In this document: piece by piece, positions 57,310 through 64,000 of the stretch
How the letters are laid out: every line of letters starts with the position of its first letter
Numbering within the stretch: position 1 is the first letter of the stretch
Source: Eledone cirrhosa
Taxonomy: Eukaryota
DNA: 64,000 nucleotides
Reading direction: 5' to 3'
NCBI GenBank assembly: GCA_964016885.1
Contig: OZ024756.1
Location: 31,124,001 to 31,188,000 of the forward strand
Translations under genes and position numbers: made by a program
Notes under the pieces: model-generated
What the model saw: only the letters and a program-made list of their open reading frames with translations
Told to the model about the DNA's origin: nothing
The model's database searches: none

Positions 57310-57704
57310 TTCCATATGGAATCGTAGGAGTGCCGTGTTCCTATAGAAACATACGTTGAAAAGTGTGATAAATTGAACCTGATGGAGCCCACCCATCCTT
57401 CTCCAGGTTGAAACGTAGTCATTTACTCCCAGAGCTGGAGAATCAATATTCTATAATAATCCAAGCAGTTACCTCAGAGACACTATATTTTATCTACTTT
57501 GCGCAAAATTTGAACTCTGAACATATTATGTCGGAACAAATGCCACTAAGCTTTTGTCCGACTCTCACTCAACTAACCGCCATAACAAATAACAAAATAA
57601 TAGAGAAGAAAAACTCTAGCAGGAATTCTCAGTCGCCCAAAATTTAGATGTTTATTCTCTCATAGATTATTTTATCATAGAATTAAAGAGAACCAAACAT
57701 ATAT

Positions 57705-58045
57705 TAAAGGTATCGATACGTGAACCCAAGAGAAGATAACATTATGTATTTTCTGATGTTTTACAAGAGTTCTGTTGGTTTAAAGGCAATTTATATTCCA
57801 TACGTGAACCCGAGAGAAGATAATATTATGTATAAAGGTATCCATACGTGAACCCGAGAGATGACATGTATTTTCTGATATTTTACAAGAGTACTGTTGG
57901 TTTAAAGGCAATTTATATTCCATACGCGAAGCAGAGAGAAGATAATATTATGTATAAAGGTATCCATACGTGAACTCGAGAGATTACATGTATTTTCTGA
58001 TGTTTTACAAGAGTACTATTGGTTTGAATGTAATTTATATTCCAA
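57705..58045. repeat. Tandem ~120-bp repeat, ~3 units
   Basis: TAAAGGTATCCATACGTGAACCCGAGAGA..TGTATTTTCTGATGTTTTACAAGAGT..TTTATATTCCA recurs. Confidence 0.88.
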
Positions 58046-58499
58046 ACGAAATTATTTCTGTAAAACATGAAAATTAAATATAATATATTCACACATGGTA
58101 TAATGAAGATGTACTTCTAAGCAAATACAGCGAATTTGGCAGAGTTATTAGGGAATCTGATCTAAAATATCTCGGTATATGTCCATCTGATGATTTTTCA
58201 TACAGTTTAGATGCGTCCACACAGAAACACACGCGCACACACACAGACACACATACACACATACACACACACATACACACACACAATATCTCTGAGATCA
58301 GAGCAAACAGCACGGACACTCTATCTCAAAATTATTTTTGAAAAGCATTTAGAAATGCGCAACCGGTAAAAACTTAAAAACTTAAAACCACAACTGAATA
58401 CTAACCCATACAATCACTAATACTTTTATTCCTAATTAAACCATTTTTCAACTGTGAACAATTTGTCAACATTTTCTATTCCGTTTACCAATATGTATA

Positions 58500-58530
<31 letters not shown>

Positions 58531-58683
58531 ATAAGGGTTGAGGGACCCAGCATATATTTATCAATGCCAGTTACCGGTTGTATCTCAGCGCACTCCATGG
58601 GCAATGTAAGATACATTACCAGAGTATACACATAGTTATTTGCTTCAACACAACACACGTAAAACGGGTGCCCTATAAGGGCT

Positions 58684-58793
58684 CCTGGACTCGAGTTTCT
58701 GCAGCACTAATGCAACAGTAAGGTGCACTGCACCATCTGTCTGCATATATTATGCAACAATGCACAATCGGCTCATGCTGCTTCATCAGCGGG
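58684..58793 (-). ncRNA. Type I hammerhead with ~80-nt stem II insert, in a TA-embedded element (~58532-58891)
   Basis: Minus strand: CCCG-CTGATGA-aGCAGCA...TGCTGCa-GAAA-CTCGAG-TC-CAGG; palindromic stem III; stem I has one mismatch. Confidence 0.7.
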
Positions 58794-58890
58794 TATCGCC
58801 TAATCAATAACCAATCGATCGACATAATCCAAACACCGGCCAGTGCCGGTCATGACTGTTTGTGACAACCAACACGACAACCGACAACCG

Positions 58891-58980
<90 letters not shown>

Positions 58981-58985
58981 TATAT

Positions 58986-59193
58986 AACGAAGGAAATGTT
59001 GTAAGGAACCAGGTGGACCATAACGCACCAAAGTACTCAATACTTAGGGTAGTAGAGTAGGTAATAGGAACAAGTAAGACCCCGACGGCTGAGCTCAAGC
59101 CGTTTCGACGGCTAATTCTGTACTGGAATTAGCCGTACAGAATTAGCCGTCGAAACGGCTTGAGCTCAGCCGTCGGGGTTTTACTTGTTCCTA
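58986..59193 (-). mobile_element. Family H4 element folded back at hammerhead stem II
   Basis: Arms 59064-59123/59135-59193; retains full stem II ACGGCTAATTC/cagtaca/GAATTAGCCGT then C-GAAA-CGGC..GCCG-TC. Confidence 0.85.
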
Positions 59194-59202
59194 TATATAT
59201 AT

Positions 59203-59280
<78 letters not shown>

Positions 59281-59544
59281 GAGTCGAAAATTAGTATAAT
59301 CGAATTTATGGCAGTCGGCCAATATTCACGAAGTAACAGTGTTCAGATTTGCACGAACTACTCAATAATAATATATCGATAAATCGATAAGTTACACCCT
59401 AGAGTAAGAAACATACGTTGAAAAGCGTGACAATTTGAAATCTGTGGTTAGGGGACATTACATGTATAGCCATAATTATACATATATAATATATATAGGT
59501 ATAAATATATATATACATATTCATATATATATATATATATACTG

Positions 59545-59604
<60 letters not shown>

Positions 59605-59606
<2 letters not shown>

Positions 59607-60568
59607 TAGACATGAAAAATGCGCAAGCTCAAAAGTGCCACAGAATGTTATAATAAACCTTCAAAAGTGTGGGACTAGAGTTGTTGCTAAAAAATATTGT
59701 AATCATTATATATCGTACATTCTGTGGCATCCTTTATAAAATAGCTTAAACCAACGAAGCCTTTATTTTTACGCTATTTCACTTAGTTAATTTCTTAGAG
59801 TGTAACATATAAAAATATGATTTACAACTATAAAATAAATTAATTAATATAATAACAGAGCTGCGGAGCTGAAATTTAGGAAATAATGGAGTATCGGATC
59901 CTGAGTTGGAGCCAGTCAATTTTTGACCGACTCCGCAGCCCTGTATAATACATTTCATATTAAAGTTATTAATAAACCTATTTTACACTTCATGCAAATT
60001 ACCACGAGATATTGATATTAGATATAAGATACAGCGCAATATCTACAGCTGTAAAAAGTACGAAAGCGAAGTAATAATAAGTGGCTTAAGGTAATTCCAA
60101 TATGAAAGTTTGTAGTGATAAAAATTTGATAATGCAATACGATTGTTAATATTATAGTTCTATGAAAATGTAACAATAGATAACTAAATTATTTTACTAT
60201 TAGTATATTTAAGAAATTATCATTATAGATTTGATCGTTCATATAAGCATCATATTAAGTTTCAACACAATTATTTTGTTACTATGAGTATATGATAATA
60301 ATATTACGTAATTATTTATAGCTGTTATTACATTAAACATAGATGTATTTATTTTTATATGTTACACTCTAAGAATTAACTAAGTGAAATAGCGTAAAAA
60401 TAAAGGCTTCGTTGGTTTAAGCTATTTTTATAAAGGATGCCACAGAATGTACGATATATAATGATTACAAATATTTTTAGGCAACAACTCTAGTCCCACA
60501 CTTTTGAAGGTTTATTATAACATTCTGTGAGTGGGCACTTTTGAGCTTGCGCATTTTTCATGTCTAGT
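59605..60568. mobile_element. ~960-bp element with ~215-bp terminal inverted repeats (foldback/MITE-like)
   Basis: 59605-59817 is the near reverse complement of 60350-60568; both ends read ACTAG/CTAGT; AT-rich non-coding interior. Confidence 0.75.
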
Positions 60569-61124
60569 TTAATATTTTTTTAAGGCAACGCTTGTAATAA
60601 CTCTAGTTTAAACAGGATATATATTAATAATAAATTATCGTTGTAATGTAATTAGATTATGTAATTGTTATTATAAATTATCTTATAAATATTAGTGTAA
60701 GATGTATAAAAATATTTTCAGACTTTTAATATAAACAACTACAAAAAACAATCAATATTAAATCAATATATTATACATAATAGAAAACATAAAATATACA
60801 ATACAAAAACAAAATATTTACATACAATTGCAATTATCAGTGTATATACATTTTCTTTATATTCCCTGAGCAAATTAATAAGATTTGTTTTTTATTGTAC
60901 ATTAATTTGATGACTTGTTGGAGTGTATTAAAAGATAGCAACAATTTGTGATTAAATTGTTATCTTAAGCAACTCACTTTTTAATAGTTGTTGGCTGAGC
61001 GAAATTGTAAAAGCCTATGAGCAAATATAAAAAAAAATACACAAACAACATTTCCTTGTGTTATTACAACATTAGATAAAATAATTGAGCAATGTCGTTA
61101 TATTTTGCTCTTATTGCACATTAA

Positions 61125-61295
61125 TAGTGTTTCTATTTTTCGGCACAAATCCATTACGGCAGTCCATTACTGGTACTTTATTTTATCGAATTAGTAAGTA
61201 TGAAAGTCGAAGTTAACCTCGGCAGGATTTGAACTTAGAATGCAAAGGACCATAACAATACTGCAAAGCATGGTGTCTGACGCTCTACCAATACT
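61125..61295 (-). mobile_element. SINE family A (diverged)
   Basis: Family consensus. Confidence 0.8.
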
Positions 61296-61688
61296 TGTGT
61301 TGAGCTGGTCATTAATTTATGGTGGTCGTGCGTGGAGTAGAGCAATCGCTAGTTGAAATATTATGAACAAAACATTTTTATTTGCCGAAGAACATATTTT
61401 CAATACTGTTTGTGAATGTGACGAAGGAAATACATTCTGATATGGAACAGTGTACAAAGTGTGTCTGTGAATAACATAATGTTACCTCATGTTGTTGTCA
61501 AGACATAATGGATTTCGTTTATCCAGTTAGAAGATGAAACCTAGCCATCTCGGATTAGTTATATTTCATGCCATGTGTAAACGTGTTTGAGGATAGCAAA
61601 ATATGCGCGTTAATTATAATAATTAGTTAATAATATTACAAAATATACCTAATTAAACTCTTTGCTTGAAATTTTATCATTCTTCGTT

Positions 61689-61766
<78 letters not shown>

Positions 61767-61987
61767 TCTAGTCCTTCGCTCAAGATTAATCTATAAGTTT
61801 AGATGTTTGCCTTCGTTTAAGTAAATATTACAGTAAGATTTTTAATATAAACAACTGCAAAAAACAATTAATATTAAAACGAAAAAATTATCAATGATAA
61901 AAGAAGCGGATGCAACTTTTTTTTTTATAAAGTTATATTCCTGTTTCTTTAAAGAACATTTCATTTTTGTTCTATTGTAGGCGAAAT

Positions 61988-62176
61988 AATTGTTTCTACT
62001 TTAGGCACAAGGCCAGCAAATTACCCAGTACATTACTGGTACTTTATTTTATCGACCCCGTAAGGATGAAAGGCAAAGTTAACCTCGGCGGGATTTGAAC
62101 TCAGACTGTAAAGGGACGTAACTATGCTAGAAAGCATGGCGTCCAACCCTCTACCGATACTGCCAATTCACCGCCC
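61988..62176 (-). mobile_element. SINE family A with 15-bp TSD
   Basis: TGTAGGCGAAATAAT at 61976-61990 and 62177-62191. Confidence 0.93.
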
Positions 62177-62324
62177 TGTAGGCGAAATAATGCAATGGTT
62201 TAATAGGGAAGATATAACTTACGAATTATGTCTCTAACCGTGTAACGCTTTTTAAGTAGATAACTACAATTGAAAATACTAAAGAAATGGAACCAACAAT
62301 TCAATTTGAAAGTCGTCTAGTGAC

Positions 62325-62375
62325 AGTGTATTACTGGTACTTTATTTTATCGACCCCGTAACGATGAAAGGCAAA
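62325..62375 (-). mobile_element. SINE family A body fragment
   Basis: CAGTGTATTACTGGTACTTTATTTTATCGACCCCGTAACGATGAAAGGCAAA. Confidence 0.8.
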
Positions 62376-63404
62376 AATGCAAATGCTTAAAATTTAAATT
62401 GCCTTAATTCTATCGTCTGCTGTTTCATTAAAGGGAGATTATCGTCTGTATTTAATTCTATCGTCTACTGTTCCACTAAACAGATATACCTCCACTATCG
62501 TCTCTATTTATACATTTTAACTTATAACTTATACACATTTGATTTGAAATATTTTATCTAGTCCCCCCTCTCAATATTATGATGATTTCTTTCGAATGAA
62601 ACAGTTCTAGTCCTGTAGAAGCCATTTATATATATAATTGAACTGAGTTAAAAATTCACAATATTTATAATTAAATAAGCTCATATATATATGTGTGTAT
62701 TTATCTGTTTATTGTATTATATATAATGTGTGTATATACAGGATGTCCCCCAAAAATATATACACACTTCAACAGCATTCTAATAACTATTGCCTGTACA
62801 GGTAATCAAAGTGTCAATCGAATGTTAGTTTCGTGTTTTAACAGTACAAATTTACAATACACACATAAAACCAGTGTATATACATACATGAGTGTGTATA
62901 CACATACATGAATGTGTATATACAATATATATGTATATATATATATAGACACATGTATTCACGGTGCAACGGTACATTAAAATATAGATGCGGGAGAGGG
63001 GGTGTATATATAGGGGCGCTGGGGATAAAGGAGTGTAAAGCGTGTGTAATTGATATATTGAAGGAGAGGAGCGTGCAGCGATAGAGTAACAAATATATAG
63101 AGAGGGGCAGAGATGGTATTGAAGGGGAGGAGTGCAAAGCGAAAGAGTAAGAGATATAAATAGAGACGGAACAGATAGAGAGAAACAGGCGTAAGTAACA
63201 GTGGAAGAGATATAGAGAGAGGTACTCTGATTGGTTGAAAATTAGCCAATCACATACGATCACCACCACGGCTATCCCCGAAAAATTTTTAAAGAAGCTA
63301 GGCATATATGTTAGAACACGAAAAGTGAACATTCTGTGTTTCACACTTTTCGTGTTCTAACAGATATATATATATTTGTGTGTGTGTGTGAGTGTGTATA
63401 AATA

Positions 63405-63466
<62 letters not shown>

Positions 63467-63624
63467 TATATATATATATATATATATTAATATATGTATA
63501 TATTATAATTATATAATTATATATACATGTATATATAAAATACTGTATATATATATATATATGTAAAGAGAGACAGTGAGGGAGAGTAAGAGATAGAGAG
63601 TGAGTGAAAGAGATAGAAGAGAGG

Positions 63625-63696
<72 letters not shown>

Positions 63697-63719
63697 TAGA
63701 GAGAGAGAGAGACAGAGAG

Positions 63720-63782
<63 letters not shown>

Positions 63783-64000
63783 ATTAATCACATGAAATCT
63801 AAATATATTAATAATGGAATAAAATGGCAATATTAAATCGAAAATAATTTTGTTTCAATTAAAATATATTACATACTTCAGTGATATTTCAATTGACAAC
63901 AAAAGGCGCTCAATATGTTTAATAATTCAATTCTGATATAATATAATGGCGAGTGCAGTAACAAGTTTAGGCGATAAAAACCTAAACAGGAAACGCTAAA

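Noticed and set aside
62738-62790. Tc1/mariner TIR CAGGATGTCCCCCAAAA
   Set aside because: No convincing partner TIR found; too weak to call

Overview
AT-rich, microsatellite-saturated animal DNA. The SINE families, the RTE with C2H2 fingers and the (TA)n/(ATGT)n density suggest a cephalopod such as octopus (inference). No convincing host gene is present; almost all listed ORFs are microsatellite translations. The one intact coding sequence is a 1181-aa RTE-clade LINE ORF (APE endonuclease + RT + three C-terminal C2H2 fingers, 8431-11976, minus). It lies in a head-to-tail chain of RTE-family copies joined through (ATGT)n tails. Also present: many tRNA-derived SINEs (two families), restriction-like-endonuclease (R4/Dong-type) LINE tails in microsatellites, mariner-type MITEs, a probable non-autonomous Helitron and several minisatellites. 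The most striking unannotated signal is about 17 complete, partial or degenerate type I hammerhead ribozyme motifs. They belong to several families of short non-coding elements, mostly embedded in (TA)n tracts (Penelope-like termini or retrozymes). Two families carry a U3-A8 variant core (UUGANAA), one with stem covariation between copies. Several elements form fold-back palindromes that turn at a ribozyme hairpin. All structure calls were made by eye and have not been tested computationally.
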